A stretch of DNA of 64,000 nucleotides from Octopus sinensis (GCF_006345805.1 NC_043012.1:8308001-8372000), one strand, 5' to 3'. Positions 50,741 through 62,598 are shown, counted from the stretch's first letter. Numbers and translations: made by a program. Notes: generated by a model from the letters alone, not told the origin.

Positions 50741-51210
50741 TGACTTTCTGGTTTAAAAGTCGTATCTGATTTCCATAAATACATAAATTTAATATTAAAA
50801 TTCAATATTGCACCGATGAGATCAATTAAGATCGAAATACTCATATGTAATTGAAATATTATTATGGTTATTACTTTTAAATAAATACGAAATTGATTGA
50901 AGATATCTCTTCACGTGAATTCTCTTAAATGTGCGGCTTCGTGCTTACGTTAGAAACAATTACTGCTCTGAAATAGACAGGAATTAGATTATCTCCCTTA
51001 GAAAATGAAAAATGGATTTACCAATGAAAATGATGCTTGTAAATGCTGTCATTTTGTATCATTTAATTTTCCATTCATAAATCTGTGAAGATGGTCGAAA
51101 AGCGGTCAGTCGATAGCCAGGAAAAGCACATGAAGGAATGAGACAAGCCCTTGTTCATCTAAAGGTGGACATACAAGATGTATACTGTAAATCCTCGAGT
51201 ATAGTCCGCC

Positions 51211-51899
51211 CTTGAGTATAATACGCAGGGGGATTTTTAGGGGGCTGTACCTGTGAAAAACCTAAATCTTGAGTATAATACGCAGGGGATTTTTAGGGGG
51301 CTGTACCTGTGAAAAACCTAAATCTTGAGTATAATACGCAGGGGATTTTTAGGGGGCTGTACCTGTGAAAAACCTAAATCTTGAGTATAATACGCAGGGG
51401 ATTTTTAGGGGGCTGTACCTGTGAAAAACCTAAATCTTGAGTATAATACGCAGGGGATTTTTAGGGGGCTGTACCTGTGAAAAACCTAAATCTTGAGTAT
51501 AACGCAGGGGATTTTTAGGGGGCTGTACCTGTGAAAAACCTAAATCTTGAGTATAATACGCAGGGGATTTTTAGGGGGCTGTACCTGTGAAAAACCTAAA
51601 TCTTGAGTATAATACGCAGGGGATTTTTAGGGGGCTGTACCTGTGAAAAACCTAAATCTTGAGTATAATACGCAGGGGATTTTTAGGGGGCTGTACCTGT
51701 GAAAAACCTAAATCTTGAGTATAATACGCAGGGGGATTTTTAGGGGGCTGTACCTGTGAAAAACCTAAATCTTGAGTATAATACGCAGGGGATTTTTAGG
51801 GGGCTGTACCTGTGAAAAACCTAAATCTTGAGTATAATACGCAGGGGATTTTTAGGGGGCTGTACCTGTGAAAAACCTAAATTTTGAGTATAATACGCA
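51211..51899. repeat. Tandem array of 12 full and 1 partial 56-bp units
   Basis: Unit CTTGAGTATAATACGCAGGGGATTTTTAGGGGGCTGTACCTGTGAAAAACCTAAAT starts at 51211, 51268, 51324, 51380, 51436, 51492, 51546, 51602, 51658, 51714, 51771, 51827 and 51883; lengths are 54-57 bp and there are no spacers. Confidence 0.97.
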
Positions 51900-51942
51900 C
51901 CCCTTCTCGAACTTGAGTCAGGGAGGTCTATATAATGTCCTT

Positions 51943-52344
51943 CATCATCATCATCATCATCATCATTTAGCATCTGCTTTCCATGCTAGCATGGGTTAGA
52001 CGGTTCAACTGGGGTCTGGGAAGCCAGAAGGCTGCACCAGGCCCAGTCTGATCTGGCAATGTTTCTACGGCTGGATGCCCTTCCTAACGCCAACCACTCC
52101 GTGAGTGTAGTGGGTGCTTTTACGTGCCATACGAGGCTGGCAAACGGCCACGATCGGATGGTGCTTTTTACAAAGCCAGTCGGGGCGGCACTGGCAATGG
52201 CCACGTTCGGATGGTTTTCTTACGTACCACCGGCACTGGTATCACAGCTGCAATTTCCATTGATGTAGATCGATTTCGATTTCGATTTTGATTTTGATTT
52301 TCACTTGCTTCAACAGGTCTTCACAAGTAGAGTTTTGTGTCCCT
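51943..52344 (-). mobile_element. RTE 3' UTR fragment with (GAT)n tail nested in the MITE
   Basis: Aligns to 3365-3730. Confidence 0.88.
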
Positions 52345-53245
52345 TGAAAAATGTATACGGTAACGTCCTTTATTATTATTGTATATATAACATAATGCAA
52401 ACATGTAGCTTTTTTGTGCATTTTGTTTGCAGAAAATAAAGAAATAACAGTAATAACGTTTAATAAATGCTTACTGCAAGTTATGAATGATTCTTTTATG
52501 ATTTCATTGCTTTCAGGCTTAGCTTAAGGTATTTTCGTGCCCGACATCACAAAATGCGTCTGAATAAACATTGCCGGACATCAAATAGAGACTCGGACAC
52601 ATTGCTTAGAAACTAATTTTCATTTTTAATCTCGTATATAGTACGCACTAGGGATTTTGACCGTTAAATTTTGGGAAAATGCGGATTATACTCGAGGATT
52701 TACGGTAGCTACAACTGAAAGCAAGAATATAATTAAAAGGTTTTAAAAAGAACGAAACAGTACTCTGTATATATCGCACCATTTCGACCTGAAACTAACC
52801 GACCTATGATTTTATTTTTTTCATTTTTTATTTTTGATATCCTTCATCCTCCCTTCCCTCTCTTTTGTATGCTCACACATGTGTGTATGTATATGTATGT
52901 ATGTATGTTTGAGTATATACACATGGATATATGTATGTGTACATGCGTATATGTGTATGTTTATACATAGATGTATATGTGTGTGTGTGTGTATGTTGGT
53001 TATTCAACTGCACTACCTCCAAAGATAGAAATAAAACCTGTATTAAAGGAACATTAAAATATCAATTGGCAAACCCGCTTTTAAAGCGAGAAACTCACAG
53101 CAGAGTCACGATTTGTAAACAACGAATGATTTATGAACCTAAAAATTATTGAAGTGGAAAATTATCAGAAAAGCCATTTCTATTCGCGTACTCTTAACTC
53201 TTGTTGTTTTCCTGTTTTATTGTTGATTTGCCTATATTTATATGT

Positions 53246-53286
<41 letters not shown>

Positions 53287-53384
53287 TGTGTATGTGTGTG
53301 TGTATGTGTGTGTGTGTGTGTGTGTATGTGAGTGTATGTGTGTAAAGAGAGAGAGAGAGCACAGGTGGTGGTCTTTTTTTGCAT

Positions 53385-53590
53385 AGGCCATGAAGCCAAG
53401 CGTCTCACTGTCCACCAAGCCACAGCCACCTTTGAAGACACCCATAGGACCATTTGTGCAGAAAAGAGAGAGAGTGGAGAAAAAACGGTCACTACAGCCA
53501 GTCCCAATCAGTCCACCTTCCCATACAGCCTCTGCAATGCTGTCTGCCCTCGATCAGTTAGCCTGCAAAAGTGGTGGGCATTCCCGTCTG
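53385..53590 (+). mobile_element. Decayed RTE (BovB-like) LINE C-terminal fragment
   Basis: RLTVHQATATFEDTHRTICAEKRE..STFPYSLCNAVCPRSVSL resembles the RTE W..H.A...FE..R...EKR..RK..F.C..C C-terminus. Confidence 0.55.
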
Positions 53591-54679
53591 TAAATTTTCA
53601 CTCGCTCGCAAATCTATCTATCTGTCTGTCTACCTGCTTGCTTGTCTGTTTCCCTGTCTGCCTGCATGTCTGTCTGTCTGCCTGTCTGCCTATCTTCCTC
53701 TTCGTCTATTTATCTATGTATTTGTATCTAGTTAAACTGATTCACAAAATCTCCAATTTTTAAAAGGAAGAAAAAAAAAAATATGAAAATCGGCTATATT
53801 AATGTTGTTTTCCACTCTTGTTGCTATGAAGGCATGATGTTGTGGAGAAAAAAATTGAAAATCGAAAAAAAAATCTGTGTATTTTTTCTTAACCAATAGC
53901 GAGACAGAAAATTTCTGCGTTCAACGTTGTTAACTTTGAGTTTGTATCTTGTGAAATTTATAGTTTAGCGTCTGTGAAATTACCTTTTCATTTTCAGTAA
54001 TGTCATTTTTCTGAGCAAAGATTCGGTTTTCCAGGCATAGTGACCGTAAACAAACTGTCTTCATAGAAATTTTATTTCATTATTCAATGTTCAGTCGATC
54101 CAATTGTAACTGTGCAAGCAATGAGTACAAGTTGTAAACCATTGATGTTTAATATGTTCTCTCACCTCGTTGTTCTGCATTCAGATTTTTTAGATTATTT
54201 TGCAAAGGAATGGACTATCAGCGAAATAATATATTTTCTTTAATTGTTCATAACTTGTGCATGTTCCACAAGCTTGCCGATATCTTGATAGAAGAAATCA
54301 CTTGAAGAATCTATCAACCCACATTTTAATATTTTCGTTATGCTTTATGATCTAAATTCAAGCGCTGTTGACAGAATATATACAAAGATTAAGTCTTGTA
54401 TGGGCTGTGTGTTTAACATCAACTATTTGTACATAATAGGTCTAATAGAGAACTATCTCAGTTATCCACAATTAAAGATAGCTGAACGATGTTGTTTATG
54501 TCATTGAATAATGTTGTCCTACGTCTTCAATAAAAATACAGAATGGGTCATTCTGGCCTGACTTGGGTTTAAACTGAAAGGAATCCGTTGCAACGAATGT
54601 AAACACGGAAAAACTTGACGAAATATATGTAAAATATATATATGAAAAATATGTAAAATATTAAGACAATTGACGAAAA

Positions 54680-55145
54680 AAATCTAATAAAATTCTAATT
54701 GATAAATATAAATTTTTGGCGAACCTTCGGTAGAGGTACACACGTGACTTCGTTTACATTTCTGAAGATAACAGAAACCCTTTTCTCCCACTCCTAACCC
54801 TAACCCTAACACAAACCCTAACCGTAACACAAACCCTAACCCTAACACCCCATATATAAAAAAAAACAAAACACTTTCTTGAAATGTATCCGGTACTTAT
54901 ACCGAAATTACGCCAAATTTTTATTAAAACAAAACACGCGGATGAAGTAAATCTCGTGGCGTGAAGAATCAACTCAACACAACGAGCGGATGAAGTGATA
55001 CATAACACAGCGTGCGGTTTCTCATGGTAACAATCTGTTAATGCCTCGCCGTCTGTTGATTGGCTAAAGTTACTCAGATTTGCCAACTTTGATTCCAAAT
55101 AACATCAGATTCTTTAATTTACGAGATAAAATAATTGGTAGATCG
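54680..55145. mobile_element. Rearranged relative of the GGATC-TIR MITE with (CCCTAA)n
   Basis: gtttacatttctgaaga..acccttt..ccactcctaaccctaaccctaa is the reverse complement of the MITE telomeric block, while gttgattggctaaa is in forward orientation. Confidence 0.5.
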
Positions 55146-55249
55146 TAATCAAAATTCAGAGTTGCATCGATACACCAAAACTGAAAGCAATCTGAGCAAA
55201 ATGAAAGGGGGACAGATTTTGTGAATTATTTAACTAGATCCATGTATCT

Positions 55250-55271
55250 GTCTGCCCGACTGTCTGTCCCA

Positions 55272-55350
<79 letters not shown>

Positions 55351-55371
55351 CCTATCTATCTATCTACCTAC

Positions 55372-55441
<70 letters not shown>

Positions 55442-55462
55442 GTCTATCTGTCTATCTGTCTA

Positions 55463-55497
<35 letters not shown>

Positions 55498-55620
55498 GCC
55501 TGCCTGTGTCTGTTTGTCTGCTCGTCTGTCTTCCTATCTATCTATCTGTCTGTCTGTCTTCCGTCTGTCTGTCTGTTTATCTATCGATCTATCTGTGTCC
55601 GTCAGTCTACCTACCACTTT
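55250..55620. repeat. (CTAT)n/(CTGT)n microsatellite
   Basis: Direct reading. Confidence 0.95.
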
Positions 55621-55650
55621 CTATACATACGTACATACACACACACACAT

Positions 55651-56694
55651 ATAATAATAATAATGTTCGTCCTTCGGTTCGAAGATGACCAACTGACATC
55701 ATCTGATGGAACTGCCGCCATGAGACCGGAGGTGGCTGGTGAGGCCAATCCGGGCAAGGAAGCCCCTCCCACAGGTGGGGCAGAAGTGGGTAGGGGCAGT
55801 GCATCTGACTTTACGCATCTGACGTTTCTGCTCCGCTGACCGAATCCGTCCCTCCTCGGCTGTCCCTGCTCCCACGGTGATTGCGCTGCGCCAGGATGAG
55901 CGGTTGGCAGCAAGTGTCTCCCAGGTCTCTGTTCCGATGGAGAAGTCTTTGAGAGAGACCTTGAGACTATCCTTGTAGCGCTTTTTCTGCCCTCCGACTT
56001 TGCGCCTGCCCTGGCCGAGTTCACCGTAGAAGAGCTGTTTTGGGATGCGAGTGTCGGACATGCGGGAGACTTGGCCCGCCCATCTCAGCTGGGCCTTGCG
56101 CATGATTGTGATGGTGCTAGGAGATCTGCCTGCTTCAGAACTTCCGTGTCTGGGACTTTGTCCTGCCAGCGGATGTGAAGGAGATTCCGAGACACCTGAG
56201 ATGGAAGTGGTTTTATCTGGCGCTCGTGCCTTCGGTAAGCAGTCCACGTCTCGCAGCCGTATAGTAGAGTGGTAGCACGACTGCCCGGTAGACTTTCAGC
56301 TTGGTGTTGAGGCTGATTCCTCTCCGCTCCCAGACTTTCTTTCGCAGTCTCCCAATGCGCTGCTTGCCTTGGAGATTCTGTTGATGTTTCAGCATCTATG
56401 TTGGCATTGCAGGAGAGAGTGCTGCCCAGGTAGGTGAAGTTTTCCACCACTCGTAAGATCCGTCCGTTCACCCTTATCTGAGGCTCATGGTATTGTTTGC
56501 CGGGGGCTGGCTGAAACATCACTTCGGTTTTCTTGCACTGATGGTGAGACCGAAGTTGTCACAGGCTGATGAGAACCTGTCCATCTCGAGCTGCATCTCC
56601 TGCTCATCGATTGCATTAAGGGCGCAGTCGTCAGCAAAGAGAAAGTCTCTGACGACTGTCTCCCTCACCTTTGTGACAGCCTGCAATCTCCTCA
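55651..56694 (-). mobile_element. 5'-truncated RTE (BovB-like) LINE with RT motif and C-terminal C2H2 finger, frameshifted
   Basis: RRLQAVTKVRETVVRDFLFADDCAL, FTYLGSTLS, LRKKVWERRGISLNTKLKVYRAVV, LLYGCETWT, QLRWAGQVSRMSDTRIPKQLFYGEL and CPTCGRGFLARIGLTSHLRSH; (ATT)n tail. Confidence 0.93.
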
Positions 56695-56787
56695 CACGCG
56701 CGCACACACACACACACATACATACATACATACATAAATACATACATACACACACATACACACACGCGCACACATGCAAACACACAC

Positions 56788-56823
<36 letters not shown>

Positions 56824-56829
56824 ACATAG

Positions 56830-57140
56830 GGTCGACTTTCCCAGACTCGTCAGTTCCTTCTGTACTGTGCTGTATCCATTTAATCATCCAGGCCCATGTT
56901 TCTAGTCCTTTGCTTTGATGTCGCGTCAATCCACAAATATCTTTCCCCTCATTCTTGCTCTCTTCCTCTTCACACTTCCTGTTAGGATGGTCTCGGGCAA
57001 TGACTCGTGGCTCATAGCATGTCGAAAATATGGCAGCTTCGGGGATTTGATTATCGACAATACATGCTCTTGTTGTACTGCAGCGTTTGTTACACTGTCT
57101 TTCCAGCTTATTCTGCCAAATCTGCGAAAGATCCATCTCT
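56830..57140 (-). mobile_element. Another decayed RTE-clade LINE 3' fragment
   Basis: Minus strand gives ISWKDSVTNAAVLQQ..LSIIKS.KLPYFRHAMSHESLPETILTGSVKRKRARMRG, matching the RTE ISW...TN..VL / KL.YFGH / GKR.RGR pattern. Confidence 0.6.
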
Positions 57141-57144
57141 CAAA

Positions 57145-57570
57145 GGCATCTGTGGCTGTTTGGTAAGAAGCTTGCTTCCCAACTGTATGGTTCCGGGTTC
57201 AATACCTATTTCTTTACTACCCACAAGGGGCTAAACACAGAGGGGGCAAACAAGGACAGACAAACGGATTAAGTCGATTATATCGACCCCAGTGCATAAC
57301 TGGTACTTATTTAATCGACCCCGAAAGGATGAAAGGCAAAGTCGACCTCGGCGGAATTTGATCTCAGAACGTAGCGGCAGACGAAATACTGCTAAGCATT
57401 TCACCCGGCGTGCTAACGACTCTGCCAGCTCGCCGCCTTTTTCCGGGTTCAATACCACTGCGTGGCATCTTGCGCAGGTTTCTTCTACTACCACCTCAGC
57501 CCGACCAAAGCCTTGTGAGTGGATTTGGGAGACAGAAACTGGAATAAGCCCGTCATCTGTATATATACCA
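57145..57570 (+). mobile_element. SINE-B 5' half interrupted by SINE-A
   Basis: The left module resumes after 57440. Confidence 0.85.
57207..57437 (-). mobile_element. SINE-A, full length, with 16-bp TSD
   Basis: TTCCGGGTTCAATACC at 57191-57206 and 57441-57456. Confidence 0.93.
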
Positions 57571-57685
57571 TTATTCAGTTTTATAGCAAGATTTCTTGCC
57601 AACAGAGAACTCGGAAGGTTCGGCCTCTAACTATGCCTTTCGTAGTGACACCCTTAGATTCAAGAACTTTTCAGCACCATCTCGT

Positions 57686-57749
<64 letters not shown>

Positions 57750-57783
57750 TATATATATATATATAATATATATATTATATATA

Positions 57784-58288
57784 CTAGCAGTATCGCCCGG
57801 CGTTGCTCGGGTTTGTAAGGGAATAACTATATAAGCATTTTTAGAGAGAGTTACTTCCTTATAGATGCCAATTCGGGCTTTCTTAGCCATTTCTGTTTTG
57901 GTGTCTTCAAGCCATGAAGTCGTTGTTCTAAAAGAACGCTGGTCTCCTGACAACGCATTACGACGTTGATTTCTTTACACTCCCTTCCCCACAGCTTCAC
58001 GAGGGAGGGAAGGGGGAGAAGCAAACAGGTGCAGCTGTGAGCGTGGACGCCAACTCCGCTGCCATCGACACACGAAAAATTATGCATTAAAATGGAATAA
58101 AAAATGATGTTAAATATTTTAAAATCGTAGACTCATCGTTGACGCGCGCTAATAGCCAGACGGCTCGATATGAATCACGACTATAAGATACCCGAATTTG
58201 GTTAAACTGCACCGCAAAATGTGGGAGGATTAGGAATCTAAATCGAAGGGGACAGACACTCACCAACTAGAGTTTTATATATATATAT
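57784..58288 (-). mobile_element. Non-autonomous Helitron
   Basis: The minus-strand 3' end is hairpin CCCGAGC-AAC-GCCGGG followed by ..GCTAG|T; the 5' end is (TA)nAAAACTCTAG..TGTCTGTC. Confidence 0.78.
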
Positions 58289-58859
58289 AATATATATATA
58301 ATATATTATATATATATATATATATATATAATATATTACACAACATACATCAGACATACATACATGCACACTCAACACACACCACACACCACACACACAC
58401 ACTTGTTTGCTTTTCACACAAAAACGGCTACGCGAATTGCTTCCATACTTGGGATGCATGAATAATTTGACCTCGGATACGGCGAAGTTTTCCGTTTTCA
58501 TTTGCGAAACCTTTCACTCTCTATTTTAATGCTTTCATTTCAAGCTTTAATTCGCTATTTTCAAACAACTACGATAAATTGCTGAAAGAAATATTCGTTA
58601 ATTTCCGTAAAAAGTTTTTATTTATTTACTTATTGCGCGCAGTGTTCAGCACTATGTATTTGTTCTCAGTCACATAGGCACACGTGTGTTTTTGCATGTA
58701 CCTTTGTATACATTTATGTATGTGTGAGAGAGGGAGAGAGCTCGTGCATGCATGTGGTATTCCGCAGTTGCCATTTATTTCAATCACTCTTGTGAAGATA
58801 TTTACGTAACTCATTTTTTCATTTAATCTCCATTTCAAGGTTTTTTTAAATAAAATGAT

Positions 58860-60140
58860 GTGCATTGGGGCCCTGCATTGACTGAAGCATCAGTATTAGA
58901 TTCTCCAAGGAAACTCCGTAACCTTTTTGCAATTATACTGAACATGTATCAACTTAGCAGTCCCCTACAGCTTTGGATAAAACATCATGAGTACATGGCT
59001 GAGGACTTAAAGTATGAATTTCAACAGGCAGACCCAGATATCAATATTCAGTTCCCTGAAACAATTTTTAACTAAGCACTGATTAGAAATGAGGAGTGAG
59101 TTTTGGCCATGAGAGGCGAAAATTTGCAAGAGTCTGGCTCTGGACTGCCAAAAATAAACCGTCAAATTAGTGATTTAACTTCAAGAAATATATATTTCTT
59201 TACTGCCCACAAGGGGCTAAACATAGAGGGGACAAACAAGGACAGACGAAGGGATTAATTCGATTATATCGCCCCCAGTGCGAAACTGGTACTTTATTTA
59301 TCGACCCCGAAAGGATGAAAGGCAAAGTTGACCTCGGCGGAATTTGAACTCAGAACGTAAAGTCAGACGAAATACCGCTAAGCATTTCGCCCGGCGCGCT
59401 AACGTGTCTGCCAGCTCGCCGCCTCACAGAGTTGGCTGCATTTCTGAATAGATATGAACCTAAACTTCTTCCAGAACAACGTTGTGCATATGATAAAATT
59501 ATTTCGTCAGTCAGAGAAAAAAAGTGGAGGGATTTTCTTTCTTGATGCTCTTTGTGGCACAGGTAAAACATTTGTAACAACAATGCTTCTCTCCAAGGTG
59601 AGGCAACGAAAAAGAATTGCAGTTGCTGTAGCATCGTCTGGCTTTGCTGCCACCTTTCTCCCAGGAGGACGAACAGCTCATTCTGCTTTTAAGTTACCGC
59701 TAAACCTGGTCACGAATGAGTCCAATTTGTAACATAAGCAAAGGTTCAAGTTCAGCAGAAGTGTTGCGCCAATGTTACTCGATTATTTGGGATGAATGCT
59801 CCGTGTCACGTAGAGGTGCAATAGAAGCTCTTGATAAGACCTTACAAGACATAGAGGCAACAATAAATCTATGGGAGGAGTTACACTAGTTTTATCAGGA
59901 GACTTCAGACAGACAGACATTATCAAACGTATCCAAATCCCAGTGCGACTTGCTTTACAATATCTATTAATAAAGTTCACACTCAGACTTTGAAACCTAC
60001 TGGTTTGCACTTAATTGAGCCTTGCTTTTCTCATGGTCAACGTTATATGAGTTGCTCCAGGGTTGGTGGTTTGCGAGACTTATTTGTCTGTGCTCCAAAC
60101 AAGAAAACAAAGAACGTTGTTTGCCCTGAAGCTCTTCCGT
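58860..60140 (+). pseudogene. Helitron RepHel linker plus PIF1-family (SF1B) helicase pseudogene
   Basis: LTEASVLDSPRKLRNLFAIIL..LW; FFLDALCGTGKTF (Walker A); AVASSGFAA; GGRTAHSAFKLP; IIWDECS; LSGDFRQ; then a deletion to QIPVRLA..INK..QTL and FSHGQ.Y..CSRVG. It has stops, frameshifts and a SINE insertion. Confidence 0.9.
59191..59423 (-). mobile_element. SINE-A inserted in the Helitron ORF
   Basis: Full SINE-A sequence in reverse orientation. Confidence 0.92.
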
Positions 60141-60203
60141 ATTTCCTTCAACATGTGATAAAATTTATCTCCTTTTATAAAAGTGGTAAATTTTGTCTCT
60201 TCC

Positions 60204-60499
60204 TTTATTACTTCCGCCTTAGCGAAGGTAGAGGTATTGTTTTCAGTCGCGTTTGTTTGTTTGTCCGTAGACAAGATATCTCAAGAACCGTTGGTTGGAT
60301 TCGGATAAAACTTTCAGGGTTGTTTGGGCTGGATAAAACTTATTTTTGAGTGCGGTCGGGCTCATTTTTAGTATTCTCATTTGTGAGAGTAGTCAAGTTT
60401 ATTTCAGATATTCTCATTTAAAAAATCATCCCTGGTTAATCGCTGAGAGGACGTTGGTGTTGCCTTGGTGGAGGTTTGCGCTCTCTGAGTGCTCTAATT
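60204..60499 (+). mobile_element. Probable Helentron-type non-autonomous element (HINE/DINE-1-like)
   Basis: It starts ttattacttccgcctt, has (GTTT)n, and ends with subterminal gccttggtggaggt, the short hairpin GCGCTC-TCT-GAGTGC and tctaatt. Classification is from structural resemblance only. Confidence 0.55.
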
Positions 60500-60719
60500 A
60501 TTATCATCATCATTTTTTTTTGTATAATGAATTCAGAATTGATTTCCCAATTGAAGAATAAATTGAATTTAGAATAACAAATTTCCATACAACATATTTT
60601 ACTTTTTTTCCTTCTAATATATAAGGAACGATTTCATTCCTAGGCAACGCCGGGTACCTCTGCTAACACACACACATGTGTTGTGTGTATATATATATAT
60701 AATATTAAGGCGGCGAGCT

Positions 60720-60819
60720 NNNNNNNNNNNNNNNNNNNNNNNNNNNNNNNNNNNNNNNNNNNNNNNNNNNNNNNNNNNNNNNNNNNNNNNNNNNNNNNNN
60801 NNNNNNNNNNNNNNNNNNN
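60720..60819. other. Assembly gap (100 N)
   Basis: Run of N; a SINE-A head lies on the left and a SINE-A' tail on the right. Confidence 0.99.
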
Positions 60820-61357
60820 TCACTTGCTAAATCTTTTACATAATCCTTGTGCTTAGATTAGAAAGGATTATTATTATCATTATTATTAAGGCAGCGAGCT
60901 AGCAGAATCGTTAGCGCGCTGAGTAAAATGCTTAGTGGCATTTCATCTGTCTGTCTTAAAGACATTCTAAGTTCAAATTCCACCAAGGTCGACTTTGGCT
61001 TTCAACCTTTCAGTGTTGATAAACTTAAGTACCAGTTACGCACTGGGGTTGATGTAATCAACTGTCCCCTCCCCCAAATTTCAGACCTTGTGCCTATAGT
61101 TGAAAAGATTACCATTATTATTGTTATGGTGGTGATCTGGCAGAATTGTTAGCACACCAGGCAAAATGCTTCATGATATTTCATCTGTCCTTACGTTCTG
61201 AGTTCAAATTATACCAAGGTCAACTTTGCCTTTCATCCTTTTTTTTTTTTGGAGTGGGGGGGGTCAATGAAATAAGTACCAGTTACACATTGGGGTCGAT
61301 GTAATCAACTTATCTCCTCCCCGCCAAATTTCAGGCTTTGTGCCTATAGTAAAAAGG

Positions 61358-61422
<65 letters not shown>

Positions 61423-61510
61423 GACAGTGAGCTGGCAGCAATGTTAGCCCATCTGCCAAAATGCTAGGCAGCATTTTGTCTGTCTACATTCTGTTTTCAG
61501 ATTCCACCAG
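60820..61510 (+). mobile_element. Tandem cluster of SINE-A' copies separated by (ATT)n tails
   Basis: Heads at ~60888, ~61125 and ~61421, each following an (ATT)n run; tails TTGTGCCTATAGT.GAAA.GATT. Confidence 0.8.
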
Positions 61511-61619
61511 GCTACATATGTTTCTGAGCTAGGAGAACTTTGGAAGCAATAATTACTAACCAAGGGGTACTCAGCTAGCTACTATGTGTGTGTGTGTGTG
61601 TGTGTGTGTGTATGCATGC

Positions 61620-62120
61620 ATCACAGAGGCTATGACGAAAGACCGAGACCTCTGGAGATATGCTGTGACTTCGAAGACCCGACAAATGAAGTGAGTTCAT
61701 GGCTCGCAGGACGGCCTGCTGTGCTAACCTTGGATCATAGAGTGACCCGCTGTTCTTGAGGAGACCTGTTGAGTCAAGTACGTCAACATGTAGTTAAGAC
61801 ACCAGTGCCGGTGACATGTAAAAAGCACGTCCGAACGTGGCAGATACTAGCGCCACCTGACTGGCGTCCATGTCGGTGACACGTAAAAGCACCAACTGAT
61901 CATGGCCGTTTGCCAGCCTGCTCTGGCTCCTGTGCTGGTGGCACGTAAAAAACACCCACTACACTCACGGAGTGGTTGGCATTAGGAAGGGCATCCGGCT
62001 GTAGAAACACTGCCAAATCAGACTAGAGCCTATTGCTGCCTCCATGGCTTACCAGACCCAGGTCGAACCGTCCAACCCATGCTAGCATGGAAAACGGACG
62101 TTAAATGATGATGATGATGA

Positions 62121-62123
<3 letters not shown>
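61620..62123 (+). mobile_element. RTE LINE 3' end, sister subfamily of 3365-4362
   Basis: TEAMTKDRDLWRYAVTSKTRQMK*; a different proximal UTR but the same terminal ~200 bp and (GAT)n tail. Confidence 0.82.
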
Positions 62124-62152
<29 letters not shown>

Positions 62153-62155
<3 letters not shown>

Positions 62156-62598
62156 TCGTGACTTACGACCACAATTGGCTCCAACTGACCTGTTATAATT
62201 CGATTTGGTCATAAGTCAACCTATAGGCTTACATAGATTTGTTTTATATTTTTACATTCTTAAGGTACATTCTCAGGTAAAAGTCACACACATCATTCTG
62301 TATTATACTACAACAGTTATTTTTTGTTCATAGAAAAGTACCAAAGAATGCAAATACAAGGAATACACAGTGTAGTGTAAGAAACAGTTGCAAAACTTAC
62401 ATAAAAATTTATTGTAGACTGGTGCTTGGCTGTGGATCTTCAATGTCGCTTGATGTCATCCATAGATGGGTTAATTTCTAAGAAATTAAACCCATTAGAT
62501 TTCAACTGGACCATTTATTATTGCTGCCAGGAGCTGGCACACCAATCATCGTGAAGTCGATCAGTTAGTCAGATAGGTCATAAGTCAACGATGACCTG
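62153..62598. mobile_element. Tigger-like MITE (~450 bp)
   Basis: Left ggtcgtgacttacgacc and right ggtcataagtcaacgatgacctg-TA are imperfect TIRs; ggtcataagtcaac also occurs internally at ~62207. Confidence 0.65.

Larger units (their letters stand above)
51185..52705. mobile_element. Non-autonomous pogo/Tigger-like (Tc1/mariner superfamily) element
   Basis: 25-bp TIRs CTGTAAATCCTCGAGTATAGTCCGC and (reverse complement) CCGTAAATCCTCGAGTATAATCCGC, with TA on both outer sides. Confidence 0.85.
58380..60667 (+). mobile_element. Decayed, internally deleted autonomous-type Helitron
   Basis: It contains a RepHel remnant, and the 3' terminus ctaggcaacgccgggtacctctgctaa (60640-60666) resembles the terminus of the neighbouring Helitron. 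The 5' boundary is approximate. Confidence 0.72.

Noticed and set aside
51211-51899. CRISPR-like regular array
   Set aside because: Units are contiguous and identical with no unique spacers, there are no cas genes, the context is eukaryotic, and the array lies inside a TIR element.
54790-54845. True telomere or chromosome fusion site
   Set aside because: There are only a few degenerate CCCTAA units, embedded in sequence homologous to the MITE telomeric block.
59454-60349. Cellular PIF1 helicase gene
   Set aside because: It is intronless, frameshifted, internally deleted, preceded by a Helitron linker region and followed by a Helitron-type terminus.
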